A stretch of DNA of 64,000 nucleotides from Strigamia acuminata (taxonomy: Eukaryota): the NCBI GenBank assembly GCA_949358305.1, contig OX442314.1, forward strand, positions 28,458,001 through 28,522,000. The letters run 5' to 3'. A program made the position numbers and the translations under genes. Position 1 is the stretch's first letter. Each line of letters begins with the position of its first letter. Positions 48,878-62,648 of the stretch are shown piece by piece. Under the pieces are notes generated by a model. The model did no database searches. It saw nothing but the letters and a program-made list of their open reading frames with translations, and was not told the DNA's origin.

Positions 48878-51800
48878 TCATTCATAAGTTTGCCTGTAGA
48901 CGGCAAGCACAATATTGCAAGTAATCGGATTCGACGTATCGGCCGTGCCCTGGCTTCCATCATTTACTGAAATTACATTGATTAAAACAACTGGAAAATT
49001 ACGCCATTTTAAATCACTCCAAACACAACTGAACGACACTTACTCGTAATATAATTCCCGCTTTCCGCAAACTAAAAATTCAAATGTAACTGTTATTCAA
49101 CACCAAATTGATCGCTTTTTTCTGAGTATTACGACATTTGAACGAACTTACCTCAAGGTTTTCTTGTGATTTGGACTTCTTTACGTTAGTCCAATCGATA
49201 TGAATTTCCGGTTTGTCCATCAATTGAGAAAGCGGAATATAAAACTCTGCTCGAGAACCCTAAAAATCAAAAAATAAAATATAAAAATTAAAATATAAAA
49301 ATCTCAATAATTGCTTCGAGACCTTTGCGTCATCAATAATATTAACAACCAGCGAAGTGGAAAATAATCTTTTCAAAATTCTGCAATTTTTTGCCGGTAT
49401 AAGAAACACGTCGTTAAACTCGATGGGATTGGCCCCCGGTCGTTGTTGTGTAGAATGCGTAGAAACTTCTCTTTCAACGATGGTCATTCTGCTGACCGTG
49501 CGCGATGCCAAAATGTCAGAACCATGTGGAGAACTTGGTAAAATTTCTACAGGATCCTGTATTTGCCACGTGTATTCAACGCGATAATAATTAACGATAG
49601 GTTTCACCACCCCTATTTGCTTTTTGGCAAGCTGTTATATAAAAATTACTATTTTTTTACGTTTGTTTTATGTAAATATACGTAAGCTTATATTTATAGT
49701 AGTGTAGGCCTACACCAGCGCTTCCCAAACCATATAATTTTTTGTCCCAATGTATTATGGTCCTGGAAAAAAAAATTTCAATACTGGGATTTGTTTAAAA
49801 ACACTGGTACTCGTAAGGTTAGGTTCAATGACTAAGCGCGGAATAGTTTTTCACGCTTATTCGTTCCGCGCCAGTTATTGTAACCCGACAGTGTAGGCTG
49901 CGTAGCCTGGACAGTTTGGAGGGCCTGATTTGGTCCCGCCCAATACCCAGCAATATTAAATCTGTGGTGACCACGAGGTCACAAAAGTGTTTTAATTAGT
50001 TATGACTTAATAAATAGTGATTTTAGTATTCATAATAAATTGATTGTCAGATTACTGCGGGAAAACTAGCTATACTAGTTTTACCGTTTCTGCAGGATTG
50101 ACGTAATGACGTCATAAATTTGCATAATTCTCCGAATTTATGCGAATACGTCATTTCCGGTCCAGCAAGTATTTAAACCCGTGTCTGACCGGAAACCCCC
50201 ACTTTATAGATACCAGAGCAACATTAGCATCACCACCTCACCGTCAGGCCGTTTTACCGGATTGATAGAGGATCGATGCCCGTTGCCAATTACATCTATA
50301 AATCAGAAGTCACAGATATTATCGTAGCTATACTACGATTGTAATATCTCCCGAAGCGAAGCGTTTGCGAACACGTGTTTCGTCAGACGCCATTACCCTA
50401 GACAACAGAAGCCACGTGTAAGACTGCCGTGCAGCAACAAATCGTATCCGCCGACAAGAATCCGAGACCACAACATTGTTAAGTATTATTTGTATTATTA
50501 CAAGTGTGAAATAAAAGTGTGTTATTTGTAAAATATTGCGTATAAGTTTATTTACCGGAACCAAGGTTACGACAAATCTCCTCTCCCATCCGGACATTCC
50601 ATAGACCGGACAAGTTTCTGGGTCCCATCCTATGTCCGGGCTACACAGCCTACCGTACTGCCTTGAACAATGGCCCGGGCGTTTAATTTTTTTTTCGACT
50701 CGCCCGCCACGCGCTTATTCAAAACCAGACGATTACTTAAGCCAGGCCTCTATCTAAAAAAAAAGTTGCTGACTCCGAACGTTTCGTTTGTTGAGGTTTC
50801 GTCCGTCGAAGTTTCCTCCAAAAGGCTACTAAAAACCGTTTTTAATAACCGTTTTTAAAGTATTTTCCCATTAACCCGGCGTTTATTTGAGGCAGGTTTA
50901 ATTGCGCCCGGCCATTGTTCAAGGCAGTACGGTATACTGTTTATACAGGGTGGAAAAAAAGTCTGATCCCCTCAAATCTTTTCTGAGCAATTGCATCTAG
51001 GCCAACTTTGATGAAGCGATCGTATAGGAAGTTGGGTGAAAGCAATCCAATGATGTCATCAAATTTGACCTTGAAGGCCATTTTCAAGGTCATTCACTTG
51101 CTAACTTCTAAACCGATCAGGTTAGAGCAAAATTTCTAATTACAAAGTTGTAGAGCACCATCAAACTAGTACTATCCAATTCATCTTAGTCACCTAAAGT
51201 TAAATGTTTTCGTTTTAAATGAAAACAAATCAGCTAAAATAAAGCCAGCCATTGTGACAAAACTTAAATTTCTACTAAAAAAATACTGAATTACTTAAAT
51301 AAACGTTTTTAAATGTGCATTATTATGCAAGTAAACAAGAAAAACCACTGCCTTTTTTTAATGCCTCAATAATTATTTTATCACAAGAATAAAAAATTTC
51401 ATTTTTCCTGAATTTTTTCTGATTTGTCTCCTTTTTAAAAAAAAACATTTAACTTAAGATGACTAAGATAAGTTGGATAGTACTAATTTGATGGTTCTCT
51501 ACAACTTTGTAATTGGAAATTTTGCTCTAACCTGATTGGTTTAGAAGTTAGCAAGTGAATGACCTTGAAAATGCCCTTCAAGGTCAAATTTGATGACATC
51601 ATTGGATTGCTCTCACCCAACTTCCTATACGATCGCTTCATCAAAGTTGGCCTAGATGCAATTGCTCACGAAATATTTAGGGTGGTTCAGACGTTTGGGA
51701 CACCCTGCCTGTATAACTTATAGACCAGTTATCTAATAGTGCTTTAGCGCTACCAGTAGAGTAGCGAACGACCACTTTGAGAAGCGCTGTTTCTGTAATG

Positions 51801-53587
51801 ACCTACTTTTTTTTGTAAATAAATAAATAAATAAATACCACTGTGCCAGCAGCCGTCACAGGTTTTGCTATTTGACTAAAAGGTTTGATTGACAGTTGGA
51901 TGACGTTAACCTTTATAGCTGCTGAAATTGCTTCAAATTTGCCTCCTTTAAGCATCCAAAGGGAGTACATTAGCATTTCTTTACGGTGAACCGCAATTTC
52001 ATCCAAATTCGCCAAATGTTGACAGTTGGATAGAACAAAACCACGATAACCACTAGCAAACTAAAAAAGAAATAAAAGTTTTCACCGGTAGTGCAGATTA
52101 CCCGTAACTGTGCATTGTGTTTTAGGTGTTTGTGTTTTGTGATGTCACTTCTTCGAATGTTTGTGTTTATTGGCTTAAAATTAAAAACACACCAAAACAT
52201 GGCAGAATTAAGCGCAATCTAAAACTACAAGCACTTTTTGAATGCTGCTAGTATTGTTTGCTATTGGTATTAATTATTTTCAATTATCCTCAGTTAGTAT
52301 CAACTAATTATTGTTACTTTTCATAAATAAATGTCCACACATCACTTTGATTAATAAACAAACCGGCATAATGTCCAAATAGTTTTAGATTACACACAAA
52401 CGCTACACGCTGAATTTCACCCGCATGAATCCCACAATACAATACAAACTCAATATTATTAACAAACCCATAATAATTATACAAACAAACTCTCTAATTA
52501 CAATTACAAAAATCTACCAATACTGAGCTTAATTTTCATTACTTACCGTAAGTGGGTTTCCTATCAGCAATAAAATTCGGAGATTAGCTATAGTTTTCAC
52601 AAGAGGGACTAAAGCAGATAAATTATCCAACTCATTAAAGCTCAAATCCAAATGCATTAAATTTGGAAATACACGTTGCAACGACTTTTCCGAGGATGAA
52701 ATTGCTGTGAAGGATGAAAACAAAACATTTGAATTATCATTTCTATTATACTAGACCAGGGGTCGGCAACCTTTTGAGACGGAAGAGCGAAAAGTTACAC
52801 TTTACAAAATTTCCCAGTTTTTAAAGAGCCACTAACATTTTTGTTTCAATATTATGGTATTACATTATTGTATCGAAAGAGCCGCAGGTTGCTGACCCCT
52901 GTACTAGACGCATTCATAGCAATGTTTAGTTGTTTAAATGAATTCGCCTATTGGACGCTATTTTGCCGGCAGACCCATGTTCAAACAATTTTTTGAATGA
53001 TGTACTGCTGTAAAAATAGCGACCGCACAATGCACAAGTCCCATTATCGTGTGGTACTTCCGGTAAAAGATGCCAATACATTTTATCAGATTGTAAGCCA
53101 AGCCCAAATATTTCAGATTGATTAGTTTTCTTTCAAAAATCTCATCCATTGAAGTAAACAGGTTATATCCAAGTTCTAGAATTTCTACTGTCGTCGGTAC
53201 TTCGGCTTCGGCATCAGATAGAGAGTCAATGTCAGCACAAGACAGTACAAGTGTTTTCATCTTGTTGGAAAAATCCTTCTTTGTGAGCTGGAATTATAAA
53301 ATAAAATAAAAACAAACTAAATCCAATATATAAAACCAAATTGAGAACACGTATACTAGAACTCCTCCTGAAATGTCTTCTGTAATTGACATGTTTACCT
53401 GTTTTGGATATTTCAAAGCAACATCTTTTCCAGGTTCAGACTTTTTGGTTACTTCCGTTTTTTTTTCCTCCTTTTTTAAAAAGAAAAATAGAAAAATATA
53501 TTTTTATAGCTGCTTATTTACGAAGTATTGTGTTGTACTTACGGGTAAAACAGATTTAAGCTGTGTACCAGCCTTCTTACTAGCCAT
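48878..53587 (-). CDS. LRRC43: LRRC43-like protein, tandem copy B (9 coding exons)
   Basis: MASKKAG (53587) to RQTYE* (48878); same exon phases and motifs as copy A. Confidence 0.82.
49963..50574 (+). mobile_element. Solo LTR (612 bp), probably Ty3/gypsy, inserted into a MITE
   Basis: TG..CA ends with short inverted termini (TGTGGTGACC / GGTTACGACA), 4-bp TSD AATC, TATTTAAA at ~50170, AATAAA at ~50509; flanks rejoin to a relative of the 187-bp MITE. Confidence 0.8.
50653..50932. mobile_element. TA-flanked MITE
   Basis: TIRs CCGTACTGCCTTGAACAATGGCC / GGCCATTGTTCAAGGCAGTACGG. Confidence 0.88.
50946..51707. mobile_element. Tc1-like non-autonomous element with ~270-bp TIRs
   Basis: CAGGGTG..CACCCTG ends; 50980-51210 mirrors 51440-51670. 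Confidence 0.88.
52757..52901. mobile_element. hAT-type MITE in copy B intron 3
   Basis: TIRs CAGGGGTCGGCAACC / GGTTGCTGACCCCTG, 8-bp TSD TACTAGAC. Confidence 0.9.
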
Positions 53588-54126
53588 TTTTCACTACGTA
53601 ACAAGGCACTTTAACTATAAATGCTTTTTGAAGCTCATAGTAACACTAAAAATAATTTTTGAACTCAGAAGAAAAAAATCCCCATTGATATAAATCCCTG
53701 AACTAATTACACGAAGGAACTTAGAATAAAAATGTCTCCAGCCCAGACCAGACCAGTACTTTCAAAAACTGAAACCAGGGGGAAGCATCTTATCCTACAA
53801 CTACAGACAGACCAAACCCCCAGCTAAATGAGCAACTCTACGTGTCCACAGTGTCCACAATCTGTGTACGTGTCATGGCGGTTGTTTTGCCTCGCATAGA
53901 AGTGAATTAAAAGTAATTAATTTAAAAAATGTAATTAATGTGGCTTGGCGAAATAAAATGTCGGTTTTTTGATAAATGATAAGTTGCGGAATTTATTTTA
54001 GAATAAAACAAAGACAACACGTTTGATATTTGATAAACCCAAAACATATTAAGATGCTCGTCGTTCATTATCAGTCGTCCTTCGTTATTTCATTGATCAA
54101 TCGAAACATTGAAAATAATAAGTCAC

Positions 54127-56525
54127 TCATAAGTCATAAGTTTGTCTGTAGATTGCAACAACAATTTTGCAAGTAATCGGATTTGATTGAGCGTAGTTGC
54201 CCTGATTTCCATCATAAACTAAAATATATTGATTAAAACACATTTTTGACTCCATTTTAACTGTACCAACCGAACAGAAAGATACTTACTCGTAATATAT
54301 TTCATGGCCTCCTCATCCTAAAATTTACATTCATCAATTAAACTTTAAAAAAAATTCAATTGATTAATATTTAATCTAACGATAATTTTATGAACCAAAC
54401 CAGAATGTTTTCTTGAGATATAGGCCTCGGTATGTTAGTCCAATTAACACAAATTTCCGGTTGGTCGACCAATTCGTTAAGCGGAATATGAAACTCTGCT
54501 CGAAGACCCTAAAAACCAAAAAAATATGAAAAACATAAAAACAACTCAATAATCGCATCGAAACCTTTGAATCATCCAGAATACAAACAGCCAGCGGAGT
54601 TGAAATGAGTCTTTTAAAAATTCTGCAATTTTTTGCGCGTATAAGAAACACGTCGTTAAATTCGATGGGATCGGCCCACGGTCGTGGCGGCGTAGAATGC
54701 GACGAAACTTCCACTTCCGTATCCGTTCTACTTCCTGTGAGCGAACAATTTGTGGGACTTGTTGCTAAAACTTCTGCAGCAACTGTCGAAATTCTTTTTT
54801 CGTGCATTTGCCAGGTGTATTCAATGCGATAAGAAGCCCCAATTTTGGCCGACGCTTGCTGCTTTTTGGGAACAAGCTGCAATCGCGAAAAATGCAATTT
54901 TTACGTTTGTTTTCTGAAAATATATACGGGGTGAGTAAAAAAAGCTGGACACACACACATCTTTTTTTTGTTTTGATTTTTGGATAATTTTAGAATTGAT
55001 ATATCTTCAGTCATTTTCGAGAAAAAGGTGTGTCCAGACTTTTGACTCGCCATGTATACTTTAGGCCTATTGTAGTGTTTGTGATTATTACTGCTGTGGT
55101 TGGGCGTTTTGTTGTTTGAGAAAAAGGTACGATGGACAGTTGGACGACGTTAACCTTTATAGCTGCTGAAATTGCTTCAAATTTGCCTCCTTTCAGCATC
55201 CAGATGGAGTACATTGACATTTCTTTACGGTAAACCGCAATTTCATCCAAATTCGCCATATGTTGACAGTTGGATAGAGTATAACCACGATAACCACTAA
55301 CCAACTATAAAAGAAATAAAAAATTTCACCGGTAGTGCAGGTTACCCGTAACTGTGCATTGTGTTTTAAGTGTTTGTGTTTTGTGATGTCACTTCTTCGA
55401 ATGTTTGTGTTTATTGGCTTAAAATTAAAAACACACCAAAACATGGCAGAATTAAGCGCAAAAAAGTTAGAATTTGCAAAACTTACCGTAAGTGGGTTTC
55501 CTATCAGCAATAAAATTCGGAGATTAGCTATAGTTTTCACAAGAGGGACTAAAGCAGATAAATTATCCAACTCATTATTGCTCAAATCCAAATGCATTAA
55601 ATTCGGAAATACACGTTGCAACGACTTTTCCGCAAAAGAAATAGCTGTTGAAAAATCAAAAAAAAAATTATACAAAGAATTATAGAGGCTTAGTTATAGC
55701 ATATACGAGGCGTATTGTGTTGTACATCCGGGAAAAGATGTCTATACATTTTATCAGATTGTAAGCCAAGCCCAAATATTTCAAGTTCCATAGTTTCCTT
55801 TCAAAAATCTCATCCAGTGAAGTAAATAGGTTATATCCAAGTTCTAGAATTTCTACTGTCGCCGGAACTTCGGCATCAGATAGTGAGTCAATGTCAGCAC
55901 AAGACAGTACAAGTGTTTTCATCTTGTTGGAAAAATCCTTCTTTGTGAACTGGAATTTCAAAATAAAATATAAAGATATAAAATAAGGGGCCGTCCATAA
56001 ATTACGTAAAGCTGATTTTTCGATTTTTAGACCCCCTACCCCTCCCCTGTAACAAGGTCGTAACAAATCCACAAACCCCCCTATAATATTACGTAACAAA
56101 ACTGACTACTCCCCCCCCCCCCCCCAAAAAAAAAAAAAAAATTTATACAAGCTGATAATACAAAATATTACAAAAATTTAAAATTTTTTACAAAAATTTA
56201 ATATTTTTTGCTGTGTTCGTATTCCAAAGACATTTCCATTTTTACCGGTCACAGTAAGCGGTCGAAAGGCCTTTGGAATACTAACACGAGTATTAAATAC
56301 AAACTCCGTCTTCTGTAATTGTCACTTTACCTTTTTCGTAGCATATTTCAAATCAGACTCTTTGTCTTTTTCAACTTCCGGCTTTTTGGGTAATTCAATT
56401 TTCTTGTTCGCCTATATTTAAAAAAAAATAAAAAAATACTTTATTAACTGCTTATTTACTAAATTTGATATTGTACTTACAGATGTAAAAGATTGGCCCT
56501 TTGGCAAAGTCTTCTTAGTATTCAT
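54127..56525 (-). CDS. LRRC43: LRRC43-like protein, tandem copy C (9 coding exons)
   Basis: MNTKKTL (56525) to RQTYDL* (54127); open spliced frame. Confidence 0.82.
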
Positions 56526-56998
56526 TTTTCATTAAATAAGTGGACACTACATTTATAATTGCCGTTTCAAAACCACGGAAACACTAAAATTTAAATTCTT
56601 TAAACCAGAAGTAAAAAAAAACCCATTAGCAAAATCCCTGAACTGTATTACACAAATAAACTTAAAACTAGAATATAATTGTCGTCCATGAAAAACGCTT
56701 TCAAAGAAAGAAACCAGGGGGAAGCACGACTTACCCAAAAGCTAGAGACAGACCGAAGTTGGCTGCCCCTTGGGCCCTTGGCTCGCTCGCATTGCTCTAC
56801 AATTCTGTGTGTGGGGATGGAAAAAAGAAATGGAGTACAGTTACTAATTTATTTCACAAATTTCAATATGTTGGTCAATTTAATAAACGTCAATATTAAT
56901 AGACAAGAATGTTGCAAATATTTTTTTTGGTGCTGCAAAAAGAAGAAATACATATTCCTGTTCAAATTGACCAACCAAATCATCGACTTCATGAAAAC

Positions 56999-59366
56999 TC
57001 ATTCAATATGTTGCCTATGCAGACTGATTACCATCTTGCAAGTAATCGGTTTAGCCATTACGTTCCCAGCAGTAGGATATACTGAAATTGCAATGATTAC
57101 AAGACTCAAACTCATTTCTTTTGACGCCATTTTACTTACTCGTTTCACATTTCACACCAACCGGATCCTAAAATTAAAATTTAAAGATCAAAATTAAAAA
57201 ATTAAAATTAAAATAAAACACTAATTCTGTTTTTACACGTTAGATGTTAGAGGTGCTTGCGTTTTTGTTTTGCGCTGTTAAAAAACACTTAAAACAGAAA
57301 ATCTTTATAAAAAAAACACAAAAAAAAACGTGTTAAATCAAAATAAATCGTGTAAAAACGGAATTGTGTGTATTTTAATATCGCAACCAACAAAAATCAT
57401 TTCTTGCGACTTCTGCTCGTGCGAGTGCCAGTCAATGTGAATTTCCGGTTTGTCCATCAAATCCACGAGCGGAACATGAAACTCTGCTCGAACACCCTAA
57501 AACCAGAAAAATTAAATTAAATTAAATTAAATTAATTGCATCAAAACCTTTATATCGTCCAGAACAAAAACAGCTAGTGGTGACATTAATAGCTTTCTAA
57601 AAGCCTTCGAATTTTTTGAATGTATGTGAAACGTGTCATTAATCTCGATTGTTTCTGCCCACAGCTTTGGCGGCGTCGAATGTGACGAAAGGAAGTCTTT
57701 GTGCTCATTCATCTTGATCATTTCGACCGCGACCGAGGTTTGGAAGTCGGAATCACCTTTGGGACTTGACGGGACCTCAGTAGTCGAAAGATTCGAAATA
57801 TTCGAAGTTGGTGGGTCGGTTGTGTGCCACGTGTATTCGACGCGATAAGTAACGACCTGTTTGGAATATTCTGCTTTTTTGTGAAGCTGTAACGTGAAAA
57901 AGGCAATTTTTTAAACCTAGAAAATTGGATTAATTGTCAATTATTATTATTACCACAGTTATGTCGCTGGCATGATGAACGAAAGGGTGGATTGTCAGTT
58001 GGAGCACCTTAACCTTTATAGTGGCTGCGGTGGCTTCGAATTTTCCTCCTTTCATCAACCAGTTGGCGTAAAGCAGCACTTCCTTGCGGTAAATTGGTGA
58101 CTCGTCCAAATTCACCAGGTGTTGACAGTTGGAGATAACATACCCTCGATAACCACTAACCAACTACGAAAAATGATGGTGGATGAGGTAAATTCAGGTA
58201 GATATGCTTTAGTATAGTCGCAGAGCAACTAAATGAAGATGAATGAAGATGAATAACATATATTCCAACATAAAACATACGGTCCACACTAATGAAGCGA
58301 CATTTCATCGGACCGACAATTCATTGGCCAAAATCTCATCGGGCGCCAATTGCGATGTGGTGCAACATTCGTCCGCTCGATGAAGTGTCGCCCTCATTCA
58401 GTACAGTTTTCATTCCTTACCGAACATGGGTTTCCAAGTAGCAATAAAATTCGAAGACTAGATATAGTTTTGATAAGAGCAATTAAATTCGGTAAATTAT
58501 CCAACTTATTATAGCTCAAATCCAAATGAATTAAATGTGGAAAGACACGTTGCAACGACTTTTCCGAGGATGAAATACTTGAAATAGCTGTTGTTGAAGA
58601 AATAAAGAAACATAATAGAAAGAATTAGGCTTATCAAGAGTAGAGGGAGTTGTTACATGCTGTACTAATGTAAAATTAGCGCCCGCATGATGCACAAGTC
58701 CCGTTACCCCGCGGTACTTCCGGTAAAAGCTGCCTATACATTTTAACAAATTGTAGGCCAAACCCAAATATTTAAGATGATGTAACTTTCTTGAAAAAAT
58801 CTCATCCATTGAAGTAAATTGGTTATATCCAAGTTCTAGAATTTCTGAATTTCCCGGTATGTTCACATCGGACAGTGAGTCTATGTCACTGCAAGACAGT
58901 ATTACTGTCTTCAACTTGCCAAAATCCTTCTTTTGTAACTAAAGTTTAACAAAAAATATGATAATTTAATAATGGTTAATTTTACTGTTCCAGCTCTTTG
59001 ACATTTTACCCTTTTGCTAGCATATTTCAAAATTCCCACGTCTTTATCAGATTTTTCTTTTGACTTCTTCTCGACAAAAGAAGAAGCTTTCTTTAAATTG
59101 AATATTGAATATTGTTATTAAAAAAAATAAAAAAATAAATAAATAAACAAACAAAGATACACTTTCCAGCTGATTTTTTTTACTATGATATTGTACTTAC
59201 ATCCTTTAGTGTAACTTTCTTTAGGTTGAATATTGTTATTTAAAAGTAAATAAATAAATAGATATATAAGTATTAAAGATGCACTTCCCAACTGATTTTT
59301 TACTAAAATTTTATACTTAACAGCAGACACAGGTTCAACCTTTCGTGGAGCCTTCTTAGTAAACAT
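56999..59366 (-). CDS. LRRC43: LRRC43-like protein, tandem copy D (most divergent)
   Basis: MFTKKAP (59366) to RQHIE* (56999); same exon layout, open spliced frame. Confidence 0.8.
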
Positions 59367-59708
59367 TCTTGTTGGTAGCCATTAAATTCGTAACTAATTT
59401 TTAAAGTCATGGCAACACTACAAACAACTGTGATGGGAACGACGTTAGGTTAAATAAATAGCTAATTTTACCAATAGATGGCACTGTTAGTTCTAATTTA
59501 GGACTAATTAATTTTTAAAAAATGTGGGTTGGCGAAATAAAATGTCAGTTTTTTTTATAAATGAGAAGGTGAGGTTTATTTTATGATAAAAAAAAAGAAT
59601 ACACGTTTGATAATCGATAAGCCCCAAACATCTTAAGATGCTCGTCGTTAACTATCGGCGTGTCCTTCGTTCATTTCATTGATCAATCGAAACATTGATA
59701 ATAATAAG

Positions 59709-62648
59709 TCACTCATAAGTTTGTCTGTAGATTGCAAGCGCAATTTTGCAAGTAATCGGATTTGATTTAGTGTCGTTGCCCTGATTTCCATCATGAACTG
59801 AAATTATTTATATTGATTAAAACACTCAAAAATTAACGTTTTTGACGCCATTTTAACTGTACCAACCGAACAGAAAGATACTTACTCGTAATATATTTCT
59901 TGGCATCCTCATCCTAAAATTTACATTCATCAATTAAACTTTAAAAAAAATTCAATTGATTGATATTTAATTTAATGATAATTTTATGAACCAAACCACA
60001 ATGTTTTCTTGAGATTTAGGCCTCGGTATGTTAGTCCAATTAACACAAATTTCCGGTTGGTCGACCAATTCATTAAGCGGAATATGAAACTCTGCTCGCA
60101 GACCCTAAAAACCAAAAAATATGAAAAACGTAAAAACAACTCACTAATTGCATCGAAACCTTTGAATCATCCAGAATACAAACAGCCAGCGAAGTGGAAC
60201 AGAATCTTTTGAAAGCTCTGCAATTTCTTGCGTGTATAATAAACACGTCGTTAAATTCGATGGGATCGGCCCACGGTAGTTGCCGCGTAGAATGCGACGA
60301 AACTTCCATCGTCGTTTTGCTTCCCGTGAGCGAGTTTAAGCCAGAACTATTTGTGGGACTTAGTGAAAGTTCTGCACCAACTGCCGATAATTCTTTTTCG
60401 TCCATTTGCCAGGTGTATTTAACGCGATAAGAAACGCTACTTTTGGCCGCAACTTGCTTCTTGGGAATAAGCTATAATACGCAAAAAATGCAATTTTTAC
60501 GTTTGTTTACTGAAAATATATCCAAAGTGAGCAAAAAATCTGGACACACACATTTCATTTTTCAACTGTATGAAAGTATAAATTGTATAACCACGAACAC
60601 AATAAACCTACATAGGGTAAATCACATTCGAAACTTGGAAATTCGGTGTCTACGATTGTTATTTACCCTATGCACCATGAATGGTGCTGTGGAACCGAGT
60701 ATTTATTCATCGGTGACACTTTTTAACATTTTTTGAATAGTCTGCTGGCCGAAAAACGGCAATATCTTGAAAACGGCTTGTCGAAACAATTTGAAACTTG
60801 GAAATTGGGTGTCTACGAGTGTTATTTATTCTATGCACCATGAATGGTGCTGTGGAACCGAGTATTTTACGTTTGGGACATGTTTTACATTTTAACAATA
60901 GGCTCCGTCCTTCCCCTAGATGGGCGAATCGAATGTTCTGCCAAGGTTATTCTACCGCATGATTAGAATTGATATATCTTCAGTCATTTTCGAGTAGAAA
61001 GTGTGTCCAGACTTTTGACTCGCCGTGTAGTGTATGTGATTATTACAGCTGCGGTAGTTCGTTTTGCTGTTTGATCGGGTTGGATGGACAGTTGGATGAC
61101 GTTAACCTTAACACCTGCTGCAATTGCTTCAAATTTGCCTCCTTTCAGCATCCAGGTGTTGTACAGTAGCATTTCCTTACGGTAAACCGCAATTTCATCC
61201 AAATTCACCAAATGTTGACAGTTGGATAGAACAAAACCACGATAACCACTAACAAACTATAAAAAAAATAAAAAATTTCACCGGTAGTGCAGATTACCGG
61301 TAACTGTGCATTGTGTTTTAGGTGTTTGTGTTTTGTGATGTCACTTCCTCGAGTGTTTGTGTTTATTGGCTTAAAAACACACCAAAACAGTGTCGACGGT
61401 GAAAATTGAACGAAAAATCCAAATTAAGATAAATAAAGGCTTCTATAAAAATGTCAGGGTCTATTAAGAGTTGGCATGAAGAAATCTACCAACATTGAGC
61501 ATAATTTTCATTACTTACCATAAGTGGGTTTCCCATCAGCCATAAAATTCGGAGATTAGCTATAGTTTTCACAAGAGGGACTAAAGCAGATAAATTATCC
61601 AAGTCATTAAAGCTCAAATCCAAATGTATTAAATTCGGAAATTCACGTTGCAACGACTTTCCCGCGAATGAAATAGCTGTTGAAGGATGAAAAAAAAATT
61701 ATACATAGAATTATAGAGACTAAGTTGGCACATACGACTAGGCGCATTCATGAAGTCATGTTTTCAAATTGCTGTTTCGTCTCAATGACTTCATGAATTC
61801 GTCCATCGTCGCTATTTTTCCGGCAGTTCCGTATTCAAATAATATTTTTTTGTGTTTTGCTGCTGTAAAAATAGCGCAAGTTCCCATCATTGTGTGGTAC
61901 TTCCGGTAAAAGATGCTTATACATTTTATCAGATTGTAAGCCAAGCCTAAATATTTCAGACTCATTAGTTTGCTTTCAAGAATCTCATCCAATGAAGTAA
62001 ATTGATTATATCCAAGTTCTAGAATTTCTACTGTCGCCGGTACTAAAGTAGCAGGTAGAGAGTCAATGTCGCTACAAGACAGTATTACTGTCTTCATCTT
62101 ATTGGAAAAATCCTTCTTTGAAAACTGGAATTTTAAAATAAAACGTTAAAAGAAATTTCAACTAAGTGTAGTAAATCCTGTATTTGTTCGATTAATTACA
62201 TTTACAACATGCTGTGTTTGTATTCCAAAGGCATTTCCACTGTTACCAGTCAAAATGCCTTTGTAATCCTAACACAGCGTTTGTAAATGTCATTTTAAAC
62301 AGTAACTGCATTCAAAAATTAAAATAACAATTTTTTTGATGTCATTTTTGGTTTAAAATTGAAGTAAAACACAAAATATTTTAGTTTTTGAGTGCAGCTA
62401 GTGATAAACAATCGAAATAGAAGTATTAAATCGGTAGACTAACTCCTTCTTCTGTAATTGCCATTTTACCTTTTTGCTAGCATATTTCAAATCAGAATCT
62501 TTTTCTGTAGACTTTTTTGGTAATTCAATTTTCTTGTTCTCCTATTTAAAAAAAAATACATTTGTAACTGCTTATTTACTAAACATGGTATTGTATTCAC
62601 AGGTGCAAGAGATTGAATCTTTTTCGTATACCGGTACTTCTCATTCAT
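59709..62648 (-). CDS. LRRC43: LRRC43-like protein, tandem copy E (9 coding exons)
   Basis: MNEKYRY (62648) to RQTYE* (59709); open spliced frame. Confidence 0.82.

Noticed and set aside
59858..59886. Ultra-short ~30-nt intron in copies C and E
   Set aside because: Using that AG leads to a stop in copy E; the downstream acceptor gives the conserved last exon
60630..60867. ~75-bp direct duplication in copy E intron 5
   Set aside because: Looks like part of an ordinary TE fragment; no further structure supported
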